Position numbers and translations under genes: made by a program
Shown: in pieces, positions 48,118 through 57,616 of the stretch
How positions within the stretch are numbered: position 1 is the first letter of the stretch
How the letters are laid out: every line of letters begins with the position of its first letter
NCBI GenBank assembly: GCA_963716195.1
Contig: OY970293.1
Location: 792,462 to 856,461 of the forward strand
Direction: 5' to 3'
From: an uncultured Solirubrobacterales bacterium
Lineage (GTDB): Bacteria > Actinomycetota > Thermoleophilia > Solirubrobacterales > JBBDJG01
Length of the DNA stretch: 64,000 nt
The notes under the pieces: model-generated
Databases searched by the model: none
What the model saw: the letters and a program-made list of their open reading frames with translations, nothing else
What the model was told of the DNA's origin: nothing

Positions 48118-48553
48118 CGGTCGCTTCGCGATCGTCCGCGCGACTTTCTACGAAGACCTCGCCGAGCGCCTGACCCTCGGCGCGAAGCGCGGTCTCGCCG
48201 AGGAAGGCGTGAGCGAGGACGGCGCCGACGTCCACGACGTGCCCGGCGCCTTCGAGCTGCCGCTCGCCGCAAGAGCATGTGCGCAAAGCGGACGCTACGC
48301 CGCTGTGATCTGCCTCGGCGCCGTCATCCGCGGCGAGACCGACCACTACGACCACGTCTGCGCGGCCGCGGCGTACGGGATCCAGCGCACGCAGCTCGAC
48401 ACCGGAGTGCCGTGCACGTTCGGTCTGCTGACCGTGGAGAACATGGACCAGGCGCTCGCCCGCTCGGGCGGGGACAAACGCGATCAGGGCTACGACGCGG
48501 CTCGCACCGCGGTGCGCATGGCGCGTTTGCTGGAGGGGCTGGGAGGTCGGTAA
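48110..48553 (+). CDS. ribH: 6,7-dimethyl-8-ribityllumazine synthase
   Basis: 147 aa with VPGAFELP and a conserved GxxTxHY-like region (GETDHYDHV). Confidence 0.95.
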   Translation: MSNGRFAIVRATFYEDLAERLTLGAKRGLAEEGVSEDGADVHDVPGAFELPLAARACAQSGRYAAVICLGAVIRGETDHYDHVCAAAAYGIQRTQLDTGVPCTFGLLTVENMDQALARSGGDKRDQGYDAARTAVRMARLLEGLGGR

Positions 48554-48589
48554 CTCGTTCCTAGTTGGGTCGGCTGCGCGGTTTTGACT

Positions 48590-48788
48590 GGGCACCGAAG
48601 GGGTGGTGTCCGGGCGTTTGCCTCTTGCGAGCCCTTCGCGTCGAACGGTGCACTCTCGTGATAGCGGCCCAGTTGCTGATGTAGTTATGCCGCCTAGAGG
48701 GGCCTAATCTTGCATGCTCCAGAGGGCTCGTCCCGTATCCCACGCCACTCGTCCCGAGACTGAGGCTGAAGGCGCTCTCCTTCGATGC
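48590..48788 (+). repeat. MITE-like repeat, family 1, copy C
   Basis: Ends are GGGCACCGAAGGGGTG and CTCTCCTTCGATGC. The centre GCCGCCTAGAGGGGCC (48689-48704) aligns with the centre of copy A. Confidence 0.55.
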
Positions 48789-48826
48789 TGCAGTTGGTCG
48801 GTTGGCCCACCTTCGGGCTATTGGCC

Positions 48827-48930
48827 GGGCACCGAAGGGGTGATGTGCGGGTCGTCTCGGTTTAACGAGCCTTCTTCGATCCTCCCGGAAACATCCCAAG
48901 ACGAACACCGAAGGCTCACCCTCTCGATGC
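48827..48930 (+). repeat. MITE-like repeat, family 1, short or degenerate copy D
   Basis: Ends are GGGCACCGAAGGGGTG and CCCTCTCGATGC. The internal part is largely missing and carries extra end-like fragments. Confidence 0.4.
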
Positions 48931-49012
48931 GGCAGTTGGTCCCTGGGCTGCGCTTGTCCCGCGCCCCTCGGCCAGGCACGCACAACAGACGCGCCGCTAC
49001 ACTTTCGCCCCC

Positions 49013-49204
49013 ATGGCAAAGGTATGTCACGTCTGCGGTCGCAAGCCGGCCTTCGGCCACAGCCGCAGCCACTCGATGGTCGCTACCAAGCGGCGTTTCA
49101 ATCCCAACCTGCAGAAGGTTCGGGTCAACGAGGGCGGGACGCACCGGCGCGTTTACGTCTGCACCCGCTGCCTCAAGGCGGGCAAGGTCACCAAGGCGGC
49201 CTGA
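49013..49204 (+). CDS. rpmB: 50S ribosomal protein L28
   Basis: 63 aa. [21 protein letters not shown]...RCLKAGKV is the canonical L28 sequence. Confidence 0.95.
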   Translation: MAKVCHVCGRKPAFGHSRSHSMVATKRRFNPNLQKVRVNEGGTHRRVYVCTRCLKAGKVTKAA

Positions 49205-49285
49205 GGGTTCGCGGGCGCCGGTAGGCGTCGTTTGGCCAGCCGCGTGCCGTCCGGGGGCGCTGAGCGCTAGCCTGTCGGGCGTCGA

Positions 49286-50935
49286 GTGCCCGAGACCTCA
49301 ATAGAACGGTTCCGCAAGGTCGTCGCGGCCGCTTGCGCCCAGCTCGAGGCAAGACGGCAGGAGGTCAACGATCTGAACGTGTTCCCGGTCGCCGACGGCG
49401 ATACGGGAGACAACATGGCCCACACCCTGCGAGCGGTGATGGGTGAGCTCAACCGCTTGAACGGGCAGCCGGTGGACGACCTGGGTCGTGACGAGGTCGT
49501 GAGCGCCGTCGCGCGCGCAGCGCTGCTCGGGGCACGTGGGAACAGCGGCGTCATCCTGTCGCAGATCGTTCGCGGTGCGGCAGAGGAGTTGTCCAGCCGG
49601 CCGGGCGAGCTCGTCGATCCGGTGCTCGTGTCGGCGGCGCTTGCTCGCGCAGCCGATGCGGCCTACGCGTCGGTGCGCGATCCCGCCGAGGGGACGATGC
49701 TCACCGTGATACGCGAGATGTCGCACCGCGTGGCGACCGAGCTCGCGAAGCTCGAGCGTCCGCGGCTCAATCACGACGTCAGCGCCGAGGAACAGGACCG
49801 CGTGCTGGCCGATGTGCTCGAGAAAGCGCTCGAGTCCGCGAAGGCGTCCGTCGAGCGCAGCCCGGAGCTCCTGCCGGTGCTGCGCGATCACGGCGTCATC
49901 GACGCCGGCGGCTACGGCGTCACGCTGCTCGTCGCAGGAGTGATCGCCGGGTTGCGGGACGAGCACGCCGTGGTGCCCGAGGTCGCGCACTACGCGCCCG
50001 CCGAACTGCACAGCCCGCACGAATCGAGCCGCTACCGCTACTGCACGAACTTCATCGTCAGCGGCGACGCGATGGACGGGCGCACGTTCGTCGCTCCGCT
50101 CGAAGAGCTTGGCGATTCGGTGCTGGTCGTCGGCGACAGCCGCACGCTGCGCGTCCACGTGCACACCGACGACCCCGGCCGCGCAGTGTCGGTGTTCTCC
50201 GGGACAGGGACGGTCGATCGGCTCGACGTCGCGGACATGCACGAGCAGCTCGGCCAGCGTGCGGCGCGGTTGCGTGACGGCACGGCGCACTCGCCGCCGG
50301 AGGCCGAGCGCTGCGGCGTCGTCGCCGTCGCCGCGGGGGCCGGCATGAAGGCGCTGTACGAGCAGCTCGGCGCACACGTCGTGGAAGGCGGATCGACGCT
50401 CAACCCGAGCACGTACGAGATCCTGGCGGGCATTCACGAGACTCCGGCCGAAGAGGTAATCGTCTTCCCCAATAGCGCCAACGTCGTGATGGCGGCCGAG
50501 CGTGCGGCGGAGCTGTCCGAGAAGACGGTGCACGTCGTAGAGTCGTTGTGGCCGCAGGCCGGGCTCGTCTGCCTCATCGAGCACGACGCCACGCTCGGCG
50601 TCGAGCAGAACTCCGTGCGCCTGCGCCAGGTGCTGGCGGGGGTTGCCACGGGCTTCGTCGCTCCCGCGGCGCGAGACGACAGGAAGGGCCGCTTCAGCGC
50701 CGGCGAGGCGGTCGGCTTCGTCGCCGAGGAGCTCGAAGCCTGGGGCGATCCGGCACGGGTGCTCGAGACCGTGCTCGCCGGCCTCGGGGACGGTCGTGAG
50801 CTCCTGACCGTGGTCGCCGGAGACGGCGCCCCGCTCGAGCCCGAGGCGGTTGAAGGCCTCGCTCCCGAAGGCGTTGCGGTCGAGGTGCACGACGGCGGCC
50901 AGCCCCACTACTGGTGGCTCGTGGCGGCCGAGTAG
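49286..50935 (+). CDS. yloV: DAK2 domain fusion protein YloV
   Basis: 549 aa with DAK2 motif DGDTGDNM. Conserved position between rpmB and recG. Confidence 0.85.
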   Translation: MPETSIERFRKVVAAACAQLEARRQEVNDLNVFPVADGDTGDNMAHTLRAVMGELNRLNGQPVDDLGRDEVVSAVARAALLGARGNSGVILSQIVRGAAEELSSRPGELVDPVLVSAALARAADAAYASVRDPAEGTMLTVIREMSHRVATELAKLERPRLNHDVSAEEQDRVLADVLEKALESAKASVERSPELLPVLRDHGVIDAGGYGVTLLVAGVIAGLRDEHAVVPEVAHYAPAELHSPHESSRYRYCTNFIVSGDAMDGRTFVAPLEELGDSVLVVGDSRTLRVHVHTDDPGRAVSVFSGTGTVDRLDVADMHEQLGQRAARLRDGTAHSPPEAERCGVVAVAAGAGMKALYEQLGAHVVEGGSTLNPSTYEILAGIHETPAEEVIVFPNSANVVMAAERAAELSEKTVHVVESLWPQAGLVCLIEHDATLGVEQNSVRLRQVLAGVATGFVAPAARDDRKGRFSAGEAVGFVAEELEAWGDPARVLETVLAGLGDGRELLTVVAGDGAPLEPEAVEGLAPEGVAVEVHDGGQPHYWWLVAAE

Positions 50936-50977
50936 CGCGCCCCTGGGTACGCCAGTCCTGGCTGCCACACTGGAGCC

Positions 50978-51394
50978 ATGGCAAGTGAGAACGTGGAGAG
51001 GATGCGGGCTGCCTACGAGGCGGTCGGGCGCGGTGAGACGGAGGTGATCTTCGACCTGATCGATCCCGACGTCGAGATCAGCGACCGGCCCGAGCTCCCG
51101 GACCCCCAGACCTACAGAGGCTACGCGGGTGTCGCGGAGGCGCTCGGTCAAAGCGACGAGACCTTCGAGTCGTTCGAGTTCATCCCTGAGCGCTTCATCG
51201 AGGTGGAGGACAAGATCGTCGCCGTCCTGTTGTTGCGCGGAAGGGGCCGCGGCAGCGGTGTCCCCGTCGAAGACCACATCGCGCACCTCTGGACCTTGCG
51301 CGAGGACAGGGCATACCGGCTGCAGGTCTACTCGGACCCCGAGGAGGCGATTGCCGTGGCATCCGGGCTCGACCGAAACGCCGCCGAGCGGTAG
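50978..51394 (+). CDS. SnoaL/NTF2-like protein, paralogue 3
   Basis: 138 aa. Shares ENVERMRAAYEA, YRGYAGV and RGRGRGSGVPVE with the pair at 8 kb. Confidence 0.7.
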   Translation: MASENVERMRAAYEAVGRGETEVIFDLIDPDVEISDRPELPDPQTYRGYAGVAEALGQSDETFESFEFIPERFIEVEDKIVAVLLLRGRGRGSGVPVEDHIAHLWTLREDRAYRLQVYSDPEEAIAVASGLDRNAAER

Positions 51395-51402
51395 TCTCGC
51401 TG

Positions 51403-51822
51403 GTGGAGATGGGACGAGACGACGATCTCGAGCTGGTGCGGACCTCGATCGAGGCGCTCAACGCCCGGGACTTCGAGCGAGTGCTCGAGACGCTCGACCC
51501 TGACGTGGAGCTCGTGACCGCGAAGGGTGTGTTCGAGGGCGCGGAGCCCTATCGGGGCCACGAAGGGTTCCGCCGCTACCACGCGGACATGTCGGAGGAC
51601 TGGGAATACTTCGACTACGACCTCGAGCAGCTCAAGAACGTCGGCGACGGGCTCGTCCTCGTCGCGGGCCGTTTCAGGGCTCGCGGGCGGGACACGGGTA
51701 ACGAGGTGACATCGCCCGGCGCCTGGCTTTGCAAGGTCCGGGACGGATCGATTCGCAGTGTGCACTTCTACGCGAACGCCGAGGCGGCGCTGGCAGCCGC
51801 CCACGAGCTCGCCGCGCACTAG
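51403..51822 (+). CDS. SnoaL/NTF2-like protein, paralogue 4
   Basis: 139 aa. A more diverged member (LELVRTSIEALNARD, YRGHEGF, RARGRDTGNEV). Confidence 0.7.
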   Translation: MEMGRDDDLELVRTSIEALNARDFERVLETLDPDVELVTAKGVFEGAEPYRGHEGFRRYHADMSEDWEYFDYDLEQLKNVGDGLVLVAGRFRARGRDTGNEVTSPGAWLCKVRDGSIRSVHFYANAEAALAAAHELAAH

Positions 51823-51848
51823 CCGCTTACCTCCGTACCTTTCCTGTG

Positions 51849-54059
51849 ATGGGCAATGAGGCACTGGAACCGCCGCGCGCGCTCGGCGGCAGGAAGCAAA
51901 CCTTGCGCGGCCTGCTCTCGGTCGAGTTGCGTTCGCTGCCGCGGCCGAGCCGGCTCGGCCGCTCGCTCGAAAGCCTGGCCGGGGTTGGTCAGGCAACGGC
52001 GCGCACCGCGGCCAAGCTGGGCCTGCACACCCTCGCCGACCTGCTCGAGCACCTCCCGTTCGATCACCGCGACTACGAGCGTCGCCGTCAGGTGGCGGAG
52101 CTGGCCCTCGGCGAGGAGGCGACAGTGTCGGTGCGCGTGCGCAGCTGCCGGGTGCGACCAACGCGCCGGCGCCGGCTGAAGCTGCTCGAGTGCCAGGTCG
52201 CGGACGACTCGGGGCCGATGCGGGCGGTGTGGTTCAACCAGGCCTATCTGGCCGATCAGCTGAAGGAGGGCACGCCCGTGCTGCTGCGCGGGAAGCTCGA
52301 GGGCGGGCATGGCGGCCCCGCCTTCCGCGTTCGCGAGCACGAGATCGCCCACGGCGATGAGGACCGGACGGGTCATCACACGACCGGGCTCGTGCCCGTT
52401 TACCCTGCCACGGAGGGCCTGTCGGCGAGGCGGATTCGCGAGCTTTCGTGGCGGATACGCGGCCAGGAGGTTCACTCGCCCGAAGCGCTTCCGGCCGCGC
52501 TGCGCGCGCAGGAGCGTCTGCCCTCGCGCGCCGACGCTCTGGCCGCCGCGCACTTTCCGCGCGAGCGCGGTGACGTCGCCCTGGCCCGGCGGCGGCTGGC
52601 GCTGGAGGAGCTGTTCCTGTTCCAGCTCGCCCTGGTCGCACGCAGGCGCTCGCACCGGGACGCGCGCAGCGCGGAGACCGTCGGCCCGCCCGGCATCCTC
52701 GTCGAGCGCTGGCTCGCCTCGCTCGCATTCGAGTTGACGGGGGACCAGCGCAGCGCGCTGGCTGCGATCGACGCCGACCTTGCGGGCGCCGGGACGATGC
52801 AGCGCCTCCTGATGGGCGAGGTCGGGTCCGGCAAGACCGTGGTCGCGCTCTACGCCATGCTGCGGGCGGCGGAGGCCGGCATGCAGGCAGCGCTGATGGC
52901 GCCCACCGAGACCCTGGCCGAGCAGCACTTCGCGACGATGGAGCGCCTGATCGCCCCCGACCTGTTCGCGGGCATGGAAGCTACGCGCATGGGGGCCCCG
53001 ATCGGGCTGCTGACGGGGTCCACGCCCGCGCGCGAGCGCCGCGCGCTGCTGGAGCGGGTCGCGAGCGGTGAGCTGAAGCTGCTGGTCGGCACGCACGCCC
53101 TGATCGAGCAAGCGGTGGAGTTCGACCGGCTGGCGCTGGCCGTGGTCGACGAGCAGCACCGCTTCGGCGTGCGGCAGCGCGCGGCGCTCGACGCCAAGGC
53201 GCGCGGTGATCTCGCGCCACACCTGCTCCATCTCACCGCCACGCCGATCCCGCGCACGCTGTCCCTGACGCTCTACGGCGATCTCGACACGACCACGTTG
53301 CGAGAGCTGCCCGCCGGCCGGCGCCCGGTGAAGACCTGGGTCGTGCCCGAGCACAAACGCGCGGGCGCCTACGAGTTCATCCGCGAACGGTTGCGCGAAG
53401 GCCGCCAGTGCTTCGTCGTTTGCCCGCTTGTCGAGGAATCCGAGCAGCTGCAAGCGCGAGCGGCCAAGCGCGAGGGCGAGCGCCTCGCTGCGAGCGAGTT
53501 TCGCGATTTCGAGGTCGGCGTGATGCACGGTCAGATGGCTGCCCGCCAGAAGCGCGACGTGATGGCGCGCTTTGCATCAGGTCAGACGAACGTCCTCGTG
53601 GCGACCAGCGTGATCGAGGTCGGGATCGACATCCCGAACGCAAGCGTGATGGTGATCGAGGAAGCCGACCGCTACGGGCTCTCACAGCTACATCAGCTGC
53701 GCGGGCGCGTCGGCCGCGGCGAGCACGAGTCGTACTGCATGCTCTTCTCCGAAGCGCAGTCCGAGCTCGCGACCCGCCGGCTCGACGCAATGAGCAAGGA
53801 GCGCGACGGCTTCAAGCTCGCCGAGATCGACCTCACGCTACGAGGAGAGGGCGACCTGCTCGGCACGAAGCAGTCGGGGCTCCCGCAGTTCCGCGTCGCT
53901 CGGCTGCCCGAGGACTTCGAGCTGCTCGAGCGCGCGCGCATGCTCGCGATCGAGCTGCTGCAGACGGACCCCGAGTTGGCAGAGCCCGAGCACGCGTTGC
54001 TGCGCGACGCGGTCCTACGCCGTCACGGCGCTGCCGAGTCCGAGCCCATCGCGGCTTAG
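51849..54059 (+). CDS. recG: ATP-dependent DNA helicase RecG
   Basis: ATG 51849. Wedge/OB N-terminal domain, Walker A GEVGSGKTVVA, DEQHRFG, and helicase C motifs (QLHQLRGRVGRG). Confidence 0.93.
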   Translation: MGNEALEPPRALGGRKQTLRGLLSVELRSLPRPSRLGRSLESLAGVGQATARTAAKLGLHTLADLLEHLPFDHRDYERRRQVAELALGEEATVSVRVRSCRVRPTRRRRLKLLECQVADDSGPMRAVWFNQAYLADQLKEGTPVLLRGKLEGGHGGPAFRVREHEIAHGDEDRTGHHTTGLVPVYPATEGLSARRIRELSWRIRGQEVHSPEALPAALRAQERLPSRADALAAAHFPRERGDVALARRRLALEELFLFQLALVARRRSHRDARSAETVGPPGILVERWLASLAFELTGDQRSALAAIDADLAGAGTMQRLLMGEVGSGKTVVALYAMLRAAEAGMQAALMAPTETLAEQHFATMERLIAPDLFAGMEATRMGAPIGLLTGSTPARERRALLERVASGELKLLVGTHALIEQAVEFDRLALAVVDEQHRFGVRQRAALDAKARGDLAPHLLHLTATPIPRTLSLTLYGDLDTTTLRELPAGRRPVKTWVVPEHKRAGAYEFIRERLREGRQCFVVCPLVEESEQLQARAAKREGERLAASEFRDFEVGVMHGQMAARQKRDVMARFASGQTNVLVATSVIEVGIDIPNASVMVIEEADRYGLSQLHQLRGRVGRGEHESYCMLFSEAQSELATRRLDAMSKERDGFKLAEIDLTLRGEGDLLGTKQSGLPQFRVARLPEDFELLERARMLAIELLQTDPELAEPEHALLRDAVLRRHGAAESEPIAA

Positions 54060-54223
54060 ATGACTGATTGCAAACCCCCCGCACCCGCGACGACGCTGCG
54101 AACCTTCGCTGGCCGGCGTCCTCGGGTTCGCCCATGCCCACCGGCATGGGCTTCACCCTGCGTTCTTGTCCAGCTCGGTTCTCGCGCCCTCGCGGCCACG
54201 CGGGATTCGGAATCAATCATCTA
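54057..54223. repeat. MITE-like repeat, family 2, copy 2 (167 bp)
   Basis: Ends are TAGATGACTGATTGC and GGAATCAATCATCTA (inverted). Central 8-bp-stem hairpin GCCCATGC/GCATGGGC at 54130-54151. The first three bases form the recG TAG stop. Confidence 0.65.
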
Positions 54224-54247
54224 GGATCGGGCGCGGCTCCCTGTTCG

Positions 54248-54784
54248 ATGCGGGTAGTCGCGGGCAGCCACAAGGGCCACAGGCTCATGGCCCCGAAAGG
54301 CGCAACCGCCAGGCCCACCGCCGACCGCGTCCGCGAGGCCATCTTCAACCTGCTCGGCTCCGTCGAAGGCGCCCGGGTGCTCGATCTCTACGCGGGCTCT
54401 GGTGCGCTCGGGATCGAGGCGCTGTCGCGGGGGGCGGCCCACGCGACATTCGTCGACTCGAACGCACTCGCCGTGCAGGCCGTGCGGTCGAACCTCGAGA
54501 GGCTGGGTCTCGAGCAGGCGCGCATCGTGCGCGCGGGCGCATCGTCCTTCTTACGCAGGGCGGCGGTCGGCGAGGAGCGCTGGGGCCTCGTCTTCTGCGA
54601 TCCCCCGTACCGCTTGGCAAGCCGCCTGAGCAGCGAACTCGGCATACTGCTACCCCCTGTGCTGGCCACCGGGGCAAGAATCGTGTGCGAAAGCTCGCGT
54701 AGACAACCGCTCAGGCTCGACCTCGAGGTCGTTACGGAGCGGACCTATGGCGACACCGTCGTGACGATCTACTCACATGTCTGA
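54248..54784 (+). CDS. rsmD: 16S rRNA (guanine966-N2)-methyltransferase
   Basis: ATG 54248 gives MRVVAGSHKGHRL. PTADRVREAIFN and DPPY motifs. Confidence 0.88.
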   Translation: MRVVAGSHKGHRLMAPKGATARPTADRVREAIFNLLGSVEGARVLDLYAGSGALGIEALSRGAAHATFVDSNALAVQAVRSNLERLGLEQARIVRAGASSFLRRAAVGEERWGLVFCDPPYRLASRLSSELGILLPPVLATGARIVCESSRRQPLRLDLEVVTERTYGDTVVTIYSHV

Positions 54785-55280
54785 TGGCCGCACCGTCATC
54801 TGTCCAGGTTCGTACGACCCGGTCACCTACGGCCATCTCGACATCATCGAACGCGCCGCGAAGGTGTTCGCAAAGGTCATCGTAGGAGTCGTGAACCTGC
54901 CGCAACGTAAGCAGGCGACCCTTTTCACGGCCCAGGAAAGGCTGGAATTTCTCCTGCAAGCGACGGAAAAACTCCCAAACGTCGAGGCTGAGGTGTTTGA
55001 TACCCTCCTGGTCGATTTTGCCCACAGGCAAGGTGCCACGGCGCTGGTGAAGGGGTTGCGCGCGATCTCGGATTTCGAATACGAGTTCGAGATGAATCAG
55101 CTCAACCGCAAGCTGGCGCCGGAGATCGAGACCGTCTACTTGATGGCGTCACCCGAATACAGCTTCATTCGCTCAAGCGGCATCAAGGAGATGGCGACGT
55201 TCGGGGCAAAGGTCGACGATCTCGTCCCCGCGCCTGTTGCGACGGCCCTGCGCGAGCGCATTTCGCGAGTGCAGGGGTAG
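54777..55280 (+). CDS. coaD: phosphopantetheine adenylyltransferase
   Basis: CPGSYDPVTYGHLDII (T/HxGH nucleotidyltransferase motif). 167 aa. Confidence 0.95.
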   Translation: MSDGRTVICPGSYDPVTYGHLDIIERAAKVFAKVIVGVVNLPQRKQATLFTAQERLEFLLQATEKLPNVEAEVFDTLLVDFAHRQGATALVKGLRAISDFEYEFEMNQLNRKLAPEIETVYLMASPEYSFIRSSGIKEMATFGAKVDDLVPAPVATALRERISRVQG

Positions 55281-55320
55281 GAGACACAGCTAGCGAACTA
55301 AATACAGGGCCGGAGGCCAA

Positions 55321-55788
55321 TTGGACGTTCTCGTACTGATAGACAAGCTCGACGACCTGGTGCACAGCGCGAAGCCCGTGCCGCTCACCGATCAGGTGCG
55401 CGTGGATCGCGAGGAGATCTACGACCTGCTCGATCAGATGCGAGCCACCATCCCCGAGGAGATCAAGCAGGCACGCTGGATCGTCAAGGAGCGCCAGGAG
55501 ATGCTCGCCGAGGCAAAGCGCGAGGCCGAGAGGATCGTGAAGGAGGCGCGCGACCAGCAGCAGCGGCTCGTGTCTCAGGAAGAGGTCACCACGCAGGCTG
55601 AACGCGCCGCCGAGGAGATCGTCGAGGACGCGAACGCCCGCGCCCGTGAGATCCGGCTCGGCGCCGAGGACTACGCGGACGAGATCCTGAACACGCTCGA
55701 GGTCAACCTCCAGAAGTTCCTCGCCGCCGTGCAGCGCGGTCGGGACCGGCTCGCCGGGCGCGAGCAGGAACCGGCCGAAGTCGGCTAG
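55321..55788 (+). CDS. coiled-coil protein of unknown function (ATPase subunit b/E-like heptad region)
   Basis: 155 aa with a charged heptad-rich centre (EAKREAERIVKEARDQQQR). TTG start. No enzymatic motif. Confidence 0.45.
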   Translation: MDVLVLIDKLDDLVHSAKPVPLTDQVRVDREEIYDLLDQMRATIPEEIKQARWIVKERQEMLAEAKREAERIVKEARDQQQRLVSQEEVTTQAERAAEEIVEDANARAREIRLGAEDYADEILNTLEVNLQKFLAAVQRGRDRLAGREQEPAEVG

Positions 55789-55862
55789 CGCCCGCTCGCT
55801 CTCACTCACGCTCGGCGGACCGCCATCACAGAGCGGGACCGGCCAGCCTCTAGGATCTCTTC

Positions 55863-56831
55863 GTGGCCGCGATAGAGGTGAGGGGACTGCAGCGCCGGTT
55901 CGATGACGTGGTCGCGGTCGCCGGCATCGATCTCGAGGTCTCGGAGGGCGAGATTTACGCGTTCCTCGGCCCCAACGGCGCCGGCAAGACGACCTCGGTG
56001 CGGATGCTGACGACGCTGCTGCGACCGACGGGCGGGACCGCGACGGTGGCGGGTCACGACATCGTCAGCGAGGCCGCCGACGTGCGCCGCTCGATCGGTG
56101 TCGCGCTGCAGGAGGCGGCGCTCGACCCTCTCATGACCGGGCGGGAGCTGATGCACCTGCAGTCGACGCTGCACGGCATCCCCAAAAAGGAGGGCGAGCG
56201 GCGCGCGACCGCGCTGCTCGAGCGCGTCGGGCTGACCCAGGCGGCCGACCGGCGCGTCGGCACGTACTCCGGTGGCATGCGGCGCCGGCTCGACCTCGCT
56301 TCCGCGCTCGTTCACGACCCGCGCGTGCTGTTCCTCGACGAGCCGACCACCGGGCTCGATCCGGTCAGCCGGAGGGCGATCTGGGAGGAAGTGAGCAAGC
56401 TGAACGACGAGGGCACGACCGTTTTCCTCACGACGCAATACCTGGAGGAGGCGGACCAGCTCGCCGACCGCGTCGGCATCATCGATGACGGGCGGATGGC
56501 AGCCGAGGGGACGCCGGCGGTGCTAAAGGCTCAGATCGGGCGGCCCCGGCTCGAGCTCACGCTCGCCGATGACGGGGCATCTCGCGTAGAGGGGGTGCTG
56601 GGGCGCTTCGGCGAACCGCTGCCCTCTCAGAACGGCCTGGTGATGGTGTCTCTCGAACGCGGAGCGGAGGACGTCGCGGCGGTCGTGCGCGCGCTCGATG
56701 ACGCGGGGTTCTGCGTCGAGTCGCTCAACCTCGTGCAGCCGTCTCTCGACGACGTGTTCGTCGCGAAGACCGGCAAGCACCTCGAGGGCGCCGAGCAGAA
56801 GGAGGGCGCAGCCGAGGAAGCCGTCACTTGA
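55863..56831 (+). CDS. ABC transporter ATP-binding protein (DrrA/ABC-2 exporter type)
   Basis: Walker A GPNGAGKTT, signature YSGGMRRRL, Walker B LFLDEPTTGLD. Confidence 0.9.
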   Translation: MAAIEVRGLQRRFDDVVAVAGIDLEVSEGEIYAFLGPNGAGKTTSVRMLTTLLRPTGGTATVAGHDIVSEAADVRRSIGVALQEAALDPLMTGRELMHLQSTLHGIPKKEGERRATALLERVGLTQAADRRVGTYSGGMRRRLDLASALVHDPRVLFLDEPTTGLDPVSRRAIWEEVSKLNDEGTTVFLTTQYLEEADQLADRVGIIDDGRMAAEGTPAVLKAQIGRPRLELTLADDGASRVEGVLGRFGEPLPSQNGLVMVSLERGAEDVAAVVRALDDAGFCVESLNLVQPSLDDVFVAKTGKHLEGAEQKEGAAEEAVT

Positions 56832-57616
56832 CGGCCAGCCTGATCTGGAACGCGCGAGTGGTAGGTGCGCTCAGCAGGCGTTCGGTCGTGCAGGCATTCC
56901 GGCGCCCGCAGTTCCTCGCGCCGATCATCGTCTTCCCTTCACTTTTCCTCGCCGTCAACGTCGGCGGCGCCGGCAGGGCGACGGACCTGCCGCAGTTTCC
57001 GGAGGTGAACGGATTCCTCGACTACCAGCTCGCGGGCGCGATGCTGCAGTCGACGATGCTGGCCGGCGTCAGCGGCGCGATTGCGCTGGCGATGGACATC
57101 GAGATCGGCTTCATCGACCGGCTGGTCGCAGCGCCGATAGCGCGCTGGTCGTTCGTGCTCGGCAGGCTCGCCGCGACCGGCGTACTGGGGCTCGTATCGG
57201 CTGTCTGGTTCATCGCGATCGGCCTCATCTTCGGCGCGCAGATCGAATCGGGTGTGGGGGGCACGTTGCTCGTGATCGTGCTCGTCGCGCTGAATGCCCT
57301 GGCGTGGGGCAGCGTCGGCGCGGCGATCGCCCTCGGGAGCGGGCGCGCGAGCGTTGCGCAGGGCATCTTCCCGATCGTGTTCGTGATCCTTTTCCTGTCG
57401 TCGGCCTATTTCCCGCAGGGGCTCCTGCTCGAGCCCGCAAAGACGATTGCTGACTGGAATCCGATGAGCCTGATCGCCGACAGCCTGCGCGACCCGATCA
57501 TCTCGACGGTGTCACTTGGGACGACGCTGAAGGGGCTCGGCGGGATCGCGATCGTGGGCTCGATCGGCACCGCGCTGAGCGCCTACGCGATGCGCAGGAG
57601 GGTGATTACCGGATGA
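56828..57616 (+). CDS. ABC-2 type transporter permease
   Basis: 262 aa with six hydrophobic segments. TTGA overlap with the ATPase gene. Confidence 0.8.
   Translation: MTASLIWNARVVGALSRRSVVQAFRRPQFLAPIIVFPSLFLAVNVGGAGRATDLPQFPEVNGFLDYQLAGAMLQSTMLAGVSGAIALAMDIEIGFIDRLVAAPIARWSFVLGRLAATGVLGLVSAVWFIAIGLIFGAQIESGVGGTLLVIVLVALNALAWGSVGAAIALGSGRASVAQGIFPIVFVILFLSSAYFPQGLLLEPAKTIADWNPMSLIADSLRDPIISTVSLGTTLKGLGGIAIVGSIGTALSAYAMRRRVITG

Noticed and set aside
49298-51286. 662-aa minus-strand ORF
   Set aside because: It is antisense to yloV and a SnoaL paralogue, has no recognisable motifs, and has GC-bias artefact composition.
51819-53528. 569-aa minus-strand ORF
   Set aside because: It is antisense to recG, which carries Walker A, DEQH and helicase C motifs, so it is an artefact.
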